This document shows, in pieces, positions 9,260-19,488 of a stretch of DNA of 58,650 nucleotides. Source of the DNA: Desulfobacterales bacterium (GTDB lineage: Bacteria > Desulfobacterota > Desulfobacteria > Desulfobacterales > JAABRJ01); NCBI GenBank assembly GCA_046481705.1, contig JAWOJK010000331.1, forward strand, positions 1 to 58,650, given 5' to 3'. The notes under the pieces were generated by a model. The model ran no database searches. It was not told where the DNA came from and worked only from the letters and a program-made list of their open reading frames with translations. A program made the position numbers and the translations under genes. The stretch's first letter is position 1. Each line of letters starts with the position of its first letter.

Positions 9260-10531
9260 ATGTCAGATTTTGATAAGGCTCTCAAAATCGGTCGGCCGCC
9301 CAACATCCAACAGCTGTTTCCCAATTCCAGAGCGTTGATTGTCAGCGGGAAAATCATCGACCGCACCATGCTGGCCAAGGGCCAGGCGATCGCCATGGCC
9401 GCCAACGGGCGCAGCCACTTCGTGATCCAGGGGGCCCTGCAGGCCGCCCAGCGCGCCAATGCCGCCATCATCATTGAAATCGCGCGCTCCGAAGGCGGCG
9501 CGAATGCCTACTGCGCGGTCAACTACTGGAACATCGCACGCCAGGTGGATGCCCTCTGCAATCAATTGGGGATCACGGTGCCGGTGGCGATTCACGCGGA
9601 CCATTACGGCATCAAAAAGAAAGCGGACGTCGAGGTTGCCAAAATCGAGATCCCGTCGATTTTCGATGCCGGCATCACCTCCATTGCGATCGACGCGTCG
9701 CACCTTCCCGACGATCAGAACCTGCTGGCGAGCCTGGCCCTGATTCCGGCGGTTCCCGAATGGGCCGGTCTGGAAACCGAGGTGGGCGAAATCAAGGGGA
9801 AAAGCGGCCTTTCAACCGTGGCCGAGGCCCTTTTTCTGATCCGAGGGCTTAACGCCCACAAGATTTTTCCCGACTGGATCGCCCTCAACAACGGAACCAC
9901 CCACGGACTGGAAGCCACCGGCCAGGGGATCCAGGTGGATCTTACCGCCCGGATTCACGAGGCCTTGACACCTTACGGGGTCAGCGGCGCCCAGCACGGC
10001 ACCTCCGGCAACAGCTCCGAGCGTCTGCGGGAAATCGTAACCCGCACCCGCACCACCAAGGCCAATGTGGCAACCGCGCTGCAGATGGTCTCCTGGGGGT
10101 TGGAAGTCAACGACTATGGCAACGCCCGCCAGGACGACAGCGGCATGTTCGTCAAGGTCGCCGGCGAGGGCGTTTCCGAAGCCCTGTGGACCGAGATGTT
10201 GGCCTATGCGGAGGCCAACGGGCTCAAAGGGGGGAATTACAAAAAACTGAACCTTCCATTTGAAAACAAACTGCTCGGGCAGCCCAAAGCGGTCCGGGAG
10301 CGTATGGCCCGACGGGTCGAGACATTCGTTCACAACATGCTGGTCAATGTGTTGAATGCCGCTGACACCGCCCCGATGGCCATCGACGCCATCCTGTCGG
10401 CCGGCTCACATGACCCCGGCCCCAAGGCGCAGCAGCGTGAAAACCCCGCCGACTGGACCCCGGAACAGATTGTGGCGCGTGCGGCGACCCTGGAAACCGA
10501 CAAGGGCGAAGCCGGTGATTTTGACGACTGA
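9260..10531 (+). CDS. fba: Class II fructose/ketose-bisphosphate aldolase (long form)
   Basis: GGAGG RBS. AIHADHYG, GAQHGTSG and other class II aldolase metal- and substrate-binding motifs. Confidence 0.8.
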   Translation: MSDFDKALKIGRPPNIQQLFPNSRALIVSGKIIDRTMLAKGQAIAMAANGRSHFVIQGALQAAQRANAAIIIEIARSEGGANAYCAVNYWNIARQVDALCNQLGITVPVAIHADHYGIKKKADVEVAKIEIPSIFDAGITSIAIDASHLPDDQNLLASLALIPAVPEWAGLETEVGEIKGKSGLSTVAEALFLIRGLNAHKIFPDWIALNNGTTHGLEATGQGIQVDLTARIHEALTPYGVSGAQHGTSGNSSERLREIVTRTRTTKANVATALQMVSWGLEVNDYGNARQDDSGMFVKVAGEGVSEALWTEMLAYAEANGLKGGNYKKLNLPFENKLLGQPKAVRERMARRVETFVHNMLVNVLNAADTAPMAIDAILSAGSHDPGPKAQQRENPADWTPEQIVARAATLETDKGEAGDFDD

Positions 10532-10641
10532 TCGGCCCCCGGCGTTTCGGGGGGTGTTTGCCCGTGGTCGAGGGCAGCAAAAAAAAGGTGGGCTTATCAT
10601 TAAATTATATATAATTGAAATACTTGCAGCGGGTTGAGGGT

Positions 10642-10668
10642 TAAGCCCGGCCGCCGCGCTACCGATAG
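10642..10668 (+). promoter_or_regulatory. Candidate sigma-28 (FliA) promoter TAAG-N15-ACCGATAG
   Basis: Compare the consensus TAAA-N15-GCCGATAA. It lies about 180 nt upstream of the DVU0524-like/flgM pair. Confidence 0.35.
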
Positions 10669-10849
10669 TAGCCTTTAGGATGGCCGGCTGGTAGACCTCA
10701 ATCAAGAACGGATGGCGGCTGAAAAGTTCAAGTTGCGGCGCGCACCTCTGCGGTGGCCCAACACACCGAAAAAGCGGCACAGCCCCACCACCCGATGCAG
10801 CCCCAAATCGAAAGGGCGCGCGTTGCGCCGGCGCCAAGGATGAAGACCG

Positions 10850-11290
10850 ATGTATGTTCCCTCTTATCAAATTCACAATGTGCTGAAGGTCTTCACCCGT
10901 CAATTGAGCCAGCCCATCGATGGGCGGGGGGGCAGCGCGGGCGGCGGAAAGCCGCTTGTCGGAAAGATCAATATCTCGGACGAAGGCAAGCGGCAGGCCG
11001 TCATTGACAAGGTCGCTGCGGATATCGTTGAAAGGATTTCGCGCTTTGGTTCAATAGAGCCCGACGCTCTCCCGGAGGAAGGGGGCCTGCCGCCCGCAGG
11101 CAATCTGGAACGGCTGGCGTCACGCAAAGAGCCGGCCCGTTTCGTCTTCAATGTGATCGATGCCAGCAACGAGAAGAAATCCCTTGATTTGCCCGTCGAG
11201 GACTCCCGGTTCCTCAGTCAGCGCCTGGAAGAGTTGGTGCGGGAAGCGGTTGGCAAGAAAATCACGCCAAGCTCTGGAGGTCTTGAATGA
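10850..11290 (+). CDS. Small protein stop/start-overlapped with flgM (resembles the DVU0524-type FlgM-associated family; recalled by name only)
   Basis: AAGGA RBS. The stop TGA overlaps the flgM ATG (ATGA). No recognisable catalytic motif. Confidence 0.5.
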   Translation: MYVPSYQIHNVLKVFTRQLSQPIDGRGGSAGGGKPLVGKINISDEGKRQAVIDKVAADIVERISRFGSIEPDALPEEGGLPPAGNLERLASRKEPARFVFNVIDASNEKKSLDLPVEDSRFLSQRLEELVREAVGKKITPSSGGLE

Positions 11291-11595
11291 AAGCAGTATC
11301 CGGTTCGACAGGCGGTGGCGAGGTGCTGCAGATGACAGCCTTTGCCCGAAAACCGGCGGGACCGCCCAACATCAGCGGCCTGTCGCTCAGCGGCGCAAAC
11401 CCCTTCCGCCAGGAGACCCCGGTGGTGCGGATATCGACGACCAGCCGTATGGCCCAGGTGGCGCGTTCGGCGGCGCTCTCGGCGCCGGAGATCCGGGTCG
11501 AGGCTGTCGAGCCGCTGCGCGACGCCCTCAATGCGGGGCGCTACGATTTCAGCCCGCAACGGGTCGCCGAAAAAATGGTGGGGGGATGCGGCTGA
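11287..11595 (+). CDS. flgM: Anti-sigma-28 factor FlgM
   Basis: C-terminus IRVEAVEPLRDALNAGRYDFSPQRVAEKMV matches the FlgM C-terminal sigma-28-binding helices. The N-terminus is disordered. Length is 102 aa. Confidence 0.65.
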   Translation: MKAVSGSTGGGEVLQMTAFARKPAGPPNISGLSLSGANPFRQETPVVRISTTSRMAQVARSAALSAPEIRVEAVEPLRDALNAGRYDFSPQRVAEKMVGGCG

Positions 11596-11705
11596 CGATA
11601 TTTGCCGGGGGTAGGCAAAATTTTCCCCGTCAAGGCTCCCTGACGCCCAGCCCGTCGACGGGGTCTTATGTAACACTTTAAAAATGCAGCGTTAAAATTA
11701 AAAAA

Positions 11706-11735
11706 GGCCGGTTGTCAAAAACCGGCCCTTTTTTT
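11706..11735. terminator. Strong bidirectional rho-independent terminator
   Basis: aaaaa ggccggtt gtcaaa aaccggcc c ttttttt. Confidence 0.7.
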
Positions 11736-11771
11736 GCGTATGCTCATGGAAAACTTTCAGGAGGTTCATCC

Positions 11772-12224
11772 ATGACCCAAATTTCCGCTCTTCAGCCCAA
11801 CCTGCCGCCGTCGCAACCCCGTGAGATTCAAAAGACAGAAACCGCCGGTTTCCAGGAAACCCTCCAAAAGACCCTGGCGGCCCGTCCGGGCGCGCCCCCG
11901 GCCCCCCGTGGGGCAGGCGCCCTGGGAGAGATCCAGTCTGCGGTGATGCCGACCGTCGAAAACGACAGCGACGTGCTCGTCGACCGCACCGGTCGACTGA
12001 TCGATCTGTTGGACGCCTATGCCCGGCAACTTGCAGACCCTGCCAAGAGCCTGAAACAGATCGCGCCCTTAGTGGCTGAAATTCAAACCCAGGCCGAGCG
12101 CTTGATGGCCGCGGCGGCCGAAACGGGTCTGCAACAAGACGCGGCCCTGCAGACGCTGGCAACCCGTTCGGCGGTCGCCGCCAACGTGGAGGTGATTCGC
12201 TTCCAGCGCGGCGATTATGTTTGA
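11772..12224 (+). CDS. Hypothetical protein (150 aa) adjacent to flgM
   Basis: AGGAGG RBS before the ATG at 11772. The Pro/Ala-rich N-terminus and helical C-terminus give no family assignment. Confidence 0.45.
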   Translation: MTQISALQPNLPPSQPREIQKTETAGFQETLQKTLAARPGAPPAPRGAGALGEIQSAVMPTVENDSDVLVDRTGRLIDLLDAYARQLADPAKSLKQIAPLVAEIQTQAERLMAAAAETGLQQDAALQTLATRSAVAANVEVIRFQRGDYV

Positions 12225-12297
12225 GCCGGGAAGCGCGCGCGGCGCAGCACCTGCGCGCCAGGCAAAGGACTTGGCTGCGGTCCTGCAGCGCGAGCCC

Positions 12298-13077
12298 TTA
12301 CCAGCTGCTGCGGACCTTGATTCCGTGTTCAATCAGGTATGACTTGATGCCGGCAAGGGTATAGGTGCCGTAGTGGACCATGGAGGCGATTAGGGCGGCG
12401 TCGGCCTTGCCGCGGGTCAGGACCTCAGCGATATGGGCCGGCGTTCCGGCGCCTCCGGAAGCGATCACCGGAATGGTCACATTTTCGGAAATCAGGCGCG
12501 TCAGGTTCAATTCATAGCCTTCCCGGGTACCGTCCGCATCGATGGAGTTCAGACAGATCTCTCCGGCACCCAGCGCTTGGGCCTCCAGTGCCCAGGCCAG
12601 GGCGTCGATGCCCATGGTGGTTCGGCCGCCGTTGATGACAATTTCGTAGCCTGAAGCAATGCCGTCCTTCTTTCCAACGTATTTGACGTCCATCCCCAGC
12701 ACCACACACTGGCTGCCGAAGGCCTCCGCCCCCTGAGCAATGATTTCCGGGTTTCTGACGGCCGCCGAGTTGACGCTCACCTTCTCCGCGCCCGCCAGCA
12801 GGACCGCGCGCATGTCCTCAACGCTCCGAATGCCGCCACCCACCGAGAAGGGAATAAAGATGGTTTCCGCCACCCGCCGCACCACCTCGATCATGATGTC
12901 CCGTTTCTCATGGGAGGCGGTGATGTCGTAGAAGACGATCTCGTCGGCGCCGGCCTCGTAGTAGTGGCGTGCCATCGCCACCGGGTCGCCGATGTCGATG
13001 TTGTTTTGGAACTTGATGCCCTTGGTTGTGCGTCCCTCGTGGACATCCAGACAGGGAATGATGCGTTTGCTCAGCAT
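12298..13077 (-). CDS. hisF: Imidazole glycerol phosphate synthase cyclase subunit HisF
   Basis: [12 protein letters not shown]...FSVGGGIRS...ASGGAG. Confidence 0.95.
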   Translation of the reverse strand: MLSKRIIPCLDVHEGRTTKGIKFQNNIDIGDPVAMARHYYEAGADEIVFYDITASHEKRDIMIEVVRRVAETIFIPFSVGGGIRSVEDMRAVLLAGAEKVSVNSAAVRNPEIIAQGAEAFGSQCVVLGMDVKYVGKKDGIASGYEIVINGGRTTMGIDALAWALEAQALGAGEICLNSIDADGTREGYELNLTRLISENVTIPVIASGGAGTPAHIAEVLTRGKADAALIASMVHYGTYTLAGIKSYLIEHGIKVRSSW

Positions 13078-13264
13078 ATTTCAGCTCGTTTGTTTTGGGT
13101 TGCGCTCCGCGAACGGGAAAAATTGCGCCATATGAAACGCCTTCCGACCCGGCGGCGGCGTTGCGACCAGCTCCGCAGCCCCGCGGCTGCGGTGAGCACA
13201 ACACCGGCCAAAACCCCGAACCCGCATGCATTGTGATCGATGCCGGCCACCCCCGGTGGCTTTT

Positions 13265-13894
13265 TCAGGATGGCGACCAGGTGCAAAAGTTTTTGAGCAT
13301 GGTCAACCCCGGCCGGCCGCTTTTTTCGAGATGGAACTGGGTGGCGACCAGGTTTTCGCAGCCGATCACGGATGCAAAGGTGACCCCGTAGGTGGTTGTC
13401 GCCAGAAGGTGTTCGGGATCTTCAGGACTGGGGTAAAAGCTGTGGACGAAGTAAAATTCGTCTTCCGGGCCGATGTCCGCCAGAAGGGGATGCGGCTTCA
13501 GACGGTGGATGCGGTTCCAGCCCATGTGGGGAGTTTTGAGCCGGCCGCCGTCGGCAAGCCGCGCGTGGCGGTCGAAGGCCTTGACCTCACCGGTAAGCAG
13601 ACCCAGGCAGGCGGTATCGTTTTCCCGGCTGTGGGAAAGGACGATTTGAGTGCCGAGGCAGATCCCGAGAATCGGTTTGCCGGCCTGGTAGGCCGCCTTC
13701 AGGGCCCGGTCAAGCCCCAGTTTGCGCAGGCTCCGCATGGCCGTTCCAGCAGCGCCGACACCCGGAAAAATAACCCGGTCGGCCGCCGCGATCCGGCCGA
13801 GGTCATTGGTGACCCGGCAATCGAATCCGATGTGCGCCACCGCCCGTTTGACACTGGCCAGGTTGCCGGCATCGTAATCGATAATCGCTATCAT
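13265..13894 (-). CDS. hisH: Imidazole glycerol phosphate synthase glutamine amidotransferase subunit HisH
   Basis: MIAIIDYDAGNLASVKRAV...PGVGA...GICLGTQ...FVHSF...QFHLEKS. The track ORF is extended upstream; the real ATG is at 13894. Confidence 0.9.
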   Translation of the reverse strand: MIAIIDYDAGNLASVKRAVAHIGFDCRVTNDLGRIAAADRVIFPGVGAAGTAMRSLRKLGLDRALKAAYQAGKPILGICLGTQIVLSHSRENDTACLGLLTGEVKAFDRHARLADGGRLKTPHMGWNRIHRLKPHPLLADIGPEDEFYFVHSFYPSPEDPEHLLATTTYGVTFASVIGCENLVATQFHLEKSGRPGLTMLKNFCTWSPS

Positions 13895-13919
13895 GAGAAT
13901 AGGGCCTGCAAAAGAGGGG

Positions 13920-14807
13920 TTAAGGGGTTGTGGGCGCTTGCCCGCTGTCCGCGGCCGGTGACAGCGCCGCAGTGCCGGCGGTGGCCGCCTTTGCCTGCTG
14001 CCACAAGCGGTCCAGTTCGGTGCGGCCGACCGCATCCAGGCTGCGGCGGCTGGCTGTGATCCGGGCCTCCATCTGGCGAAAACGGCGGCTGAACTTTTCG
14101 GTTGCACTCGACAGCGCGGTTTCCGGGTGGATCTTGGCAAAACGGGCCACGTTGACCAGCGTAAAGAGCAGGTCGCCAAACTCCATGGCGACCGCCGCGC
14201 GAGTTTCCGGTGCTGCCTGGGCCTCGCCGAGGGCCGTCTTGAACTCCTCCCACTCCTCCTCGACTTTGTCCATCACCCCACCCAGATCCTCCCAGTCAAA
14301 ACCGCTTCCGGCTGCGCGCTCCGATACCCGGTAGGCCCGCATCAGTGCCGGCAGGCCGCTGGGCACCCCGTCCAGAATCGACGCCCGCGGGGTATGCAGG
14401 GTCTCTTTTTGCTTGATCCGGCGCCACTGTTTTTGGACCTCGGCGCTGTCGGCGACGGTGGTGTTGCCGAAGACGTGCGGGTGGCGGCGAACCATCTTTT
14501 CGGTGTTGCGCTCGATGACCTCGCCGAGATCGAACTGGCCCTGCTCTTGCAGCAGGCGGGCCATAAAAACAATCTGGAAGAAAACGTCGCCGAGTTCCTC
14601 GCAGATCGCTTCGCGGCTGCCCGATTCGATCGCTTCCACCAACTCGAAAACCTCTTCGATCAGGTATACGCTGAGGGACCGGGTGGTCTGCTTGCGGTCC
14701 CACGGACAGCCTTTTTCGCCGCGGAGGGTGTCCACCAGCCGAACCGTGGCCGCCAGGCTGCCCGCACTGGCTGCGTCTGCCGGGGGGTCTAGATGGGGTG
14801 GCGCCAT
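13920..14807 (-). CDS. mazG: Nucleoside triphosphate pyrophosphohydrolase MazG
   Basis: LRGEKGCPWDRKQTTRSL..YLIEEVFELVEAI and a second MazG repeat EFGDLLFTLVNVARF. Confidence 0.85.
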   Translation of the reverse strand: MAPPHLDPPADAASAGSLAATVRLVDTLRGEKGCPWDRKQTTRSLSVYLIEEVFELVEAIESGSREAICEELGDVFFQIVFMARLLQEQGQFDLGEVIERNTEKMVRRHPHVFGNTTVADSAEVQKQWRRIKQKETLHTPRASILDGVPSGLPALMRAYRVSERAAGSGFDWEDLGGVMDKVEEEWEEFKTALGEAQAAPETRAAVAMEFGDLLFTLVNVARFAKIHPETALSSATEKFSRRFRQMEARITASRRSLDAVGRTELDRLWQQAKAATAGTAALSPAADSGQAPTTP

Positions 14808-15316
14808 GATTTCTTCATCTCCTCAATCTTGGTTTGAAACTGCTTTTTCATTTGCGGTGAAACCACCCGGGCCATGTTTTCGGCAAGGCCGGCCACATAG
14901 GGCGAGAGCCGTGAATTTTTGATCAGCGGGGCGCCTTTGGGCAGGAACGCGGTCAGCACGATCAGCAGCACGGCGGTGATCAGGATGCCCTTGCTGAAGC
15001 CGAAACCGGCGCCGCACATTCGGTCAAACCACCCCAGGTAGGCCACGTTGAGAAGGTATTTGACCACCACCCCCAGCAGGCTGATGATAAAAAAGACCGC
15101 GCAGAAAATCAGCAGGAAGCTCAGAAGATTGGTGTAGTCGCGGTGGGCGAGCCAGTCGGTCAGGAAGTCGGCCAGCGTCGCATAATAGGTGTAAGCGGCG
15201 TAAAAGCCTGCCAAAACCCCGACGATGGACGACACTTCCTTGATCAGCCCCCGGAACAGGCCCCGGATCAGGCAGAATATCACAATAACGATAACGACGG
15301 CATCAAACGGGTTCAT
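14789..15316 (-). CDS. cvpA: CvpA-family membrane protein (colicin V production protein)
   Basis: MNPFDAVVIVIVIFCLIRGLFRGLIKEV, 4 TM segments. Overlaps the mazG start by 19 nt. Confidence 0.8.
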   Translation of the reverse strand: MNPFDAVVIVIVIFCLIRGLFRGLIKEVSSIVGVLAGFYAAYTYYATLADFLTDWLAHRDYTNLLSFLLIFCAVFFIISLLGVVVKYLLNVAYLGWFDRMCGAGFGFSKGILITAVLLIVLTAFLPKGAPLIKNSRLSPYVAGLAENMARVVSPQMKKQFQTKIEEMKKSWRHPI

Positions 15317-15569
15317 ATCCCCCCTTGTTGGCTCAGGACTGACGACGCTGCAGGCAGTTCCGTGCGCGGCGCGGCGTGAATTTTTCAGTTGGCCGTCGGA
15401 AACCGAGGCGCTGTGGGCTTCATCAGGTGTAGGAGGCGCGCAAGGCGAGGCGGCGCACGTTGCCTGGAAGTGTTCGGGACCTGTTGAAACTAAACATTAA
15501 GACTATCAAAATTGAAAAAATTCCGTCAAGCCATTTTTCCTCGGGACCGCTTGCAGGGTGATTTGCCGT

Positions 15570-15599
15570 TTGCAATCCCCAAAAAAGCTATGGTATAAA
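15570..15599 (+). promoter_or_regulatory. Sigma-70 promoter candidate with extended -10 (TTGCAA-N18-TGgTATAAA) for the phoH operon
   Basis: ttgcaa at 15570-15575 and tggtataaa at 15591-15599. Confidence 0.4.
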
Positions 15600-15655
15600 T
15601 CATGGCCTCGCGGGGCAATCGTTGCCAGACCCGCGGCCGGGAGACCCCATAGCTT

Positions 15656-16639
15656 ATGCAAAAAGACGCGCAGCCCAAACAGGCCAAACTGACGTTGGAC
15701 GATAATGAACTGGCCCGGCGGCTCTTCGGTGAACACAACCACAATCTGCTGCGGATAGCCGACGCCGTGGGGGTTCGGATTTCCGCCCGGGGAAGCGAGG
15801 TGCTGATCGAAGGCGACGCCATCGAGACCGACCTCGCCCACAACATCCTAAGCCAGCTCTACGGCCTGCTGGAGGAGGGTTACCCGGTCTACCCCAACGA
15901 CGTCGACTACGCTGTGCGGGCCCTCAGCGGCAACGATCGCGCCCGGCTCAAGGACATCTTTCTCGACACGGTCTACATCACCGCCAAAAAAAGAGCCATC
16001 ACGCCCAAAAGCCTGTCCCAGAAAAAATACATCGACGCCATTCGCAGCTACGACATCGTTTTCGGGATCGGACCCGCCGGAACCGGAAAAACCTACCTGG
16101 CCATGGCCATGGCGGTATCGGCGCTGTCCAAGAACCAGGTCAGCCGCATCATTCTGACCCGTCCGGCCGTGGAGGCCGGGGAGGCCCTCGGGTTTCTGCC
16201 CGGGGATCTGGCCGACAAGGTCGACCCCTATCTGCGGCCCCTGTACGATGCGCTGCACGACATGATGCGCTTTGAAAAGGTCGGGGCGCTCATGCAGCAA
16301 GGGGTCATTGAAGTGGCCCCCCTGGCCTTTATGCGCGGTCGGACACTGAACGATTCCTTCATCATTCTGGACGAGGCCCAGAACACGACCTCGGAGCAGA
16401 TGAAAATGTTTCTGACCCGCATCGGCTTCAACTCCAAGGCGGTGATCACCGGGGATATCACCCAGATCGATTTGCCGGCCAACCGGGCCTCGGGTCTGGT
16501 TGAGGCCAAAAAAATTCTCCGGGAAATCGCCGGTATCGCTTTTGCCTTCTTTTCCAAGGAAGATGTGGTCCGCCACCGGCTGGTGCAGGATATCATCCGG
16601 GCCTACGAAGAACTCGGCAACGTCCGGTCTGAAGCCTAA
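15656..16639 (+). CDS. phoH: PhoH-family ATPase
   Basis: GPAGTGKTYLAMAMAV Walker A, ILDEAQN Walker B, ITGDITQIDLP. Confidence 0.9.
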   Translation: MQKDAQPKQAKLTLDDNELARRLFGEHNHNLLRIADAVGVRISARGSEVLIEGDAIETDLAHNILSQLYGLLEEGYPVYPNDVDYAVRALSGNDRARLKDIFLDTVYITAKKRAITPKSLSQKKYIDAIRSYDIVFGIGPAGTGKTYLAMAMAVSALSKNQVSRIILTRPAVEAGEALGFLPGDLADKVDPYLRPLYDALHDMMRFEKVGALMQQGVIEVAPLAFMRGRTLNDSFIILDEAQNTTSEQMKMFLTRIGFNSKAVITGDITQIDLPANRASGLVEAKKILREIAGIAFAFFSKEDVVRHRLVQDIIRAYEELGNVRSEA

Positions 16640-16650
16640 GTCTCCCCCCT

Positions 16651-19101
16651 ATGAAATACAGAAAAAGAAAAGAATCCGTCATTTCCTTTTTCAAGTCCAA
16701 CACGGCGGTCAGGTGGGGGATCCTGGTGGTCGTGACGGCCATCTTCACCCTGATGCTCTACCCGAACCTGGTGGTCACCCGGCGCAGCTACGAGGTCGGG
16801 GACGTGGCCCAACGGGACGTCAAGGCGCCCAAGGATTTCTTTATCGAGGACAAGATCGCCACCGAGGCCAAGCGGCGCCAGGCGGCCGACAGTATTCTGA
16901 CGGTGTACGATTTTGACACGGAGCTGGCCGGTCGGCTGAAAACTCGCGTGAACCGGGCTTTCAGCCTGTTGCAGGCCGTTTACCAGCCCTCGGCGACTGC
17001 CGCGCCCGCGCCCCAGCCGGTCGGCGATCCCACGGTGCCGGCCGATCCGGACAACCCCACCCAAATGAAACTGGGCCCTCCCAGCCCGGAGGAGATCGCC
17101 GCCGAGCGTCAAGAGCGGGCCTGGCAGCTGAAGGGCGAGTTTCAGTCCGAATTGGGGATCGCGGTCAGTGACGGCGCCTACGCCATTCTCGAAAAACATG
17201 CCTTTAGCGAGGCCATTGCCGGTTTGATCACCGATATTCTGGCCAAAACCTTGGGCGCGGGCGTGGTCTCCAACAAGGAAATCCTGCTGCGGGTGGCCGA
17301 CAAGGGCATCATGCTGCGGGTCGTGGGCTCCCAGAGCGAAAAACCGGTTTTCAATCTCGAACCCTTCTACGGTTTGGATCAGGCCAAGTCCATGGTGCGG
17401 ATAATCGGGCAGCCATACCTCAAGGACCTGGAGTACACCCTGCGCAATCTCATTGTGGATTTCATTCAGCAGCTGATCCAGCCCAACATCACCCTCAACC
17501 GCAATGAGACCGAAACCCGCAAGGAGGCTGCCGCGGCGGAGATCAAGCCGATCCTCTATCAGATCAAGGCCGGCGAAATGCTGCTGCGGGAGGGCGAACG
17601 GCTCACCCAGGTGCAGCTTCTCAAACTGCAAACGCTCCAGGACCAGACCCGCAACACCCAGCTGTGGGTCCGCAGCGCCGGCACCGCGCTGCTGATTCTC
17701 TGCCTGCTGGTGACCGCGTGCACCCTGCACGCCCGGAACCACATCCCGGGCGGGCAGGATCACAACAAAACCCTCCTTTTTCTGGCGACGGTTTTTCTGA
17801 TCTTTCTATTTGTTGCCAAGATCTCGTTTCTTTTGGCCCGCGCCATCGCGGTCAATGAGCCTTTCGGTATCACCCACAGCGCGATATCCTACGGGATTCC
17901 GCTGGCGGCCGGCGCCATGAGCGTCTGTCTTTTTCTGTGTCTGGACTGGGCCATCGCCTTTTCGGTCGTTACCGCCGTTTCCGTCGCCGTCCTTTTTCAC
18001 AACCGCCTGGAGATCTTCATCTACTTCCTGATCAACAGCTCCATGGCGGCTTACTGGCTTCAGAACTGCCGTGAGCGCAGGGCTTTCATCCGGGCGGGCA
18101 CCCGCCTCGGTCTGCTCAACGTCGTTTTGGTGACGGCCTTGAATCTTTACAGCGGCGATGTTGCCGGCATCCGGCTGCTGTGGAACTGGGCGTTTGCCTT
18201 CCTGGGGGGGGTCGGCGCCGGGCTCGTCGCGGCCGGGATCGCCCCTCTGCTGGAGGTCACCTTCGATTACACCACCGACATCAAACTGCTGGAACTGGCC
18301 AATCTGGACCGCCCGATTTTACGACGCCTGATGATCGAGGCCCCCGGCACCTATCACCACTCCGTGATTGTGGGCTCGATGGTGGAGGCCGCCGCCACTG
18401 CCATCGGCGCCAACTCTCTGCTGGCCAAGGTGTGCGGCTACTACCACGACATCGGCAAGATCCGTAAGCCCCTGTATTTCATTGAAAACCAGATCCACGG
18501 TAAAAACAAGCACGACAAGCTGGCGCCGTCGATGTCCGCCCTGATCCTGATTGCGCATGTCAAGGAGGGGGTCGAAATCGCCCGGGAAAACAAGCTCGGC
18601 CAGGCGATTACGGACACCATCCGGCAGCACCACGGCACCAGCCTGATCAGTTATTTTTTTGAAAAGGCCAAACAGCGCAGAGGTGAGGAAAACGTCAACA
18701 TCGACGACTATCGCTACCCCGGCCCCCGCCCCCAGACCCGCGAAGCCGGGCTGGTGATGCTGGCCGACGTCGTTGAAGCGGCCTCACGCACCCTGGAAAA
18801 CCCCACCCCTTCGCGCATCCAGGGGCATGTCCAGAACCTGATCAACAAGGTGTTTTCAGACGGCCAGCTGGACGAGTGCGAGTTGACCCTCAAGGACCTG
18901 CACCAGATTGCCAAGAGTTTCAACAAGATCCTCAACGGCATTCACCACCACCGCATCGAATACAGCGAAAATCTGGCCGCTGCCAGCGGAAAGAGTAAAA
19001 ATGGAAGTTCTGATCGACAACCGCCAAAACCGTCAGCCGATTCCCCTAAAGAAACTAAAGCAGGCGGCACAGGTCGTCTTAAGCGCCTTGGACTGTCCTG
19101 A
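16651..19101 (+). CDS. pgpH: 7TM-receptor/HD-domain phosphohydrolase (PgpH/YqfF type, putative c-di-AMP phosphodiesterase)
   Basis: N-terminal extracytoplasmic domain, 7 TM segments, and an HD domain with HHSVIVG...YHDIGK...HHG. Confidence 0.85.
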   Translation: MKYRKRKESVISFFKSNTAVRWGILVVVTAIFTLMLYPNLVVTRRSYEVGDVAQRDVKAPKDFFIEDKIATEAKRRQAADSILTVYDFDTELAGRLKTRVNRAFSLLQAVYQPSATAAPAPQPVGDPTVPADPDNPTQMKLGPPSPEEIAAERQERAWQLKGEFQSELGIAVSDGAYAILEKHAFSEAIAGLITDILAKTLGAGVVSNKEILLRVADKGIMLRVVGSQSEKPVFNLEPFYGLDQAKSMVRIIGQPYLKDLEYTLRNLIVDFIQQLIQPNITLNRNETETRKEAAAAEIKPILYQIKAGEMLLREGERLTQVQLLKLQTLQDQTRNTQLWVRSAGTALLILCLLVTACTLHARNHIPGGQDHNKTLLFLATVFLIFLFVAKISFLLARAIAVNEPFGITHSAISYGIPLAAGAMSVCLFLCLDWAIAFSVVTAVSVAVLFHNRLEIFIYFLINSSMAAYWLQNCRERRAFIRAGTRLGLLNVVLVTALNLYSGDVAGIRLLWNWAFAFLGGVGAGLVAAGIAPLLEVTFDYTTDIKLLELANLDRPILRRLMIEAPGTYHHSVIVGSMVEAAATAIGANSLLAKVCGYYHDIGKIRKPLYFIENQIHGKNKHDKLAPSMSALILIAHVKEGVEIARENKLGQAITDTIRQHHGTSLISYFFEKAKQRRGEENVNIDDYRYPGPRPQTREAGLVMLADVVEAASRTLENPTPSRIQGHVQNLINKVFSDGQLDECELTLKDLHQIAKSFNKILNGIHHHRIEYSENLAAASGKSKNGSSDRQPPKPSADSPKETKAGGTGRLKRLGLS

Positions 19102-19459
19102 GGCGGAGCTGTCCATCGTGATTGTGGATGACGCCGAAATCGCCGAGCTGAACCAGCGCTATCTCCAGCGCAGCGGCCCCACCAACGTGTTGGCCTTTCC
19201 GATGCAGGAAGGCGAATTCGCCGAAATTTCACCCCACCTTCTCGGGGACGTGGTGATCTCGGCGGATACTGCCGCGCGCGAGGGCCGTGAGGCCGGGATC
19301 CCGATGGTGACGCATTTCACCGCGCTCCTGGTTCACGGAATTCTGCACCTGCTTGGCTATGACCATGAAACCGATCAAGCCGAGGCCCGTGAGATGGACG
19401 CCAAAAGCCGGGAGTTGCTGGCCCTGCTGGAAAGCCGCTCGCTGCGGGCTGCGCGCTGA
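19001..19459 (+). CDS. ybeY: Endoribonuclease YbeY (rRNA maturation)
   Basis: MEVLIDNRQ...TNVLAFPM...HGILHLLGYDH zinc motif. The start at 19001 overlaps the pgpH tail by 101 nt. Confidence 0.85.
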   Translation: MEVLIDNRQNRQPIPLKKLKQAAQVVLSALDCPEAELSIVIVDDAEIAELNQRYLQRSGPTNVLAFPMQEGEFAEISPHLLGDVVISADTAAREGREAGIPMVTHFTALLVHGILHLLGYDHETDQAEAREMDAKSRELLALLESRSLRAAR

Positions 19460-19488
19460 CCCAAAAACTTTAGGAGCAGAGGGTCGCC

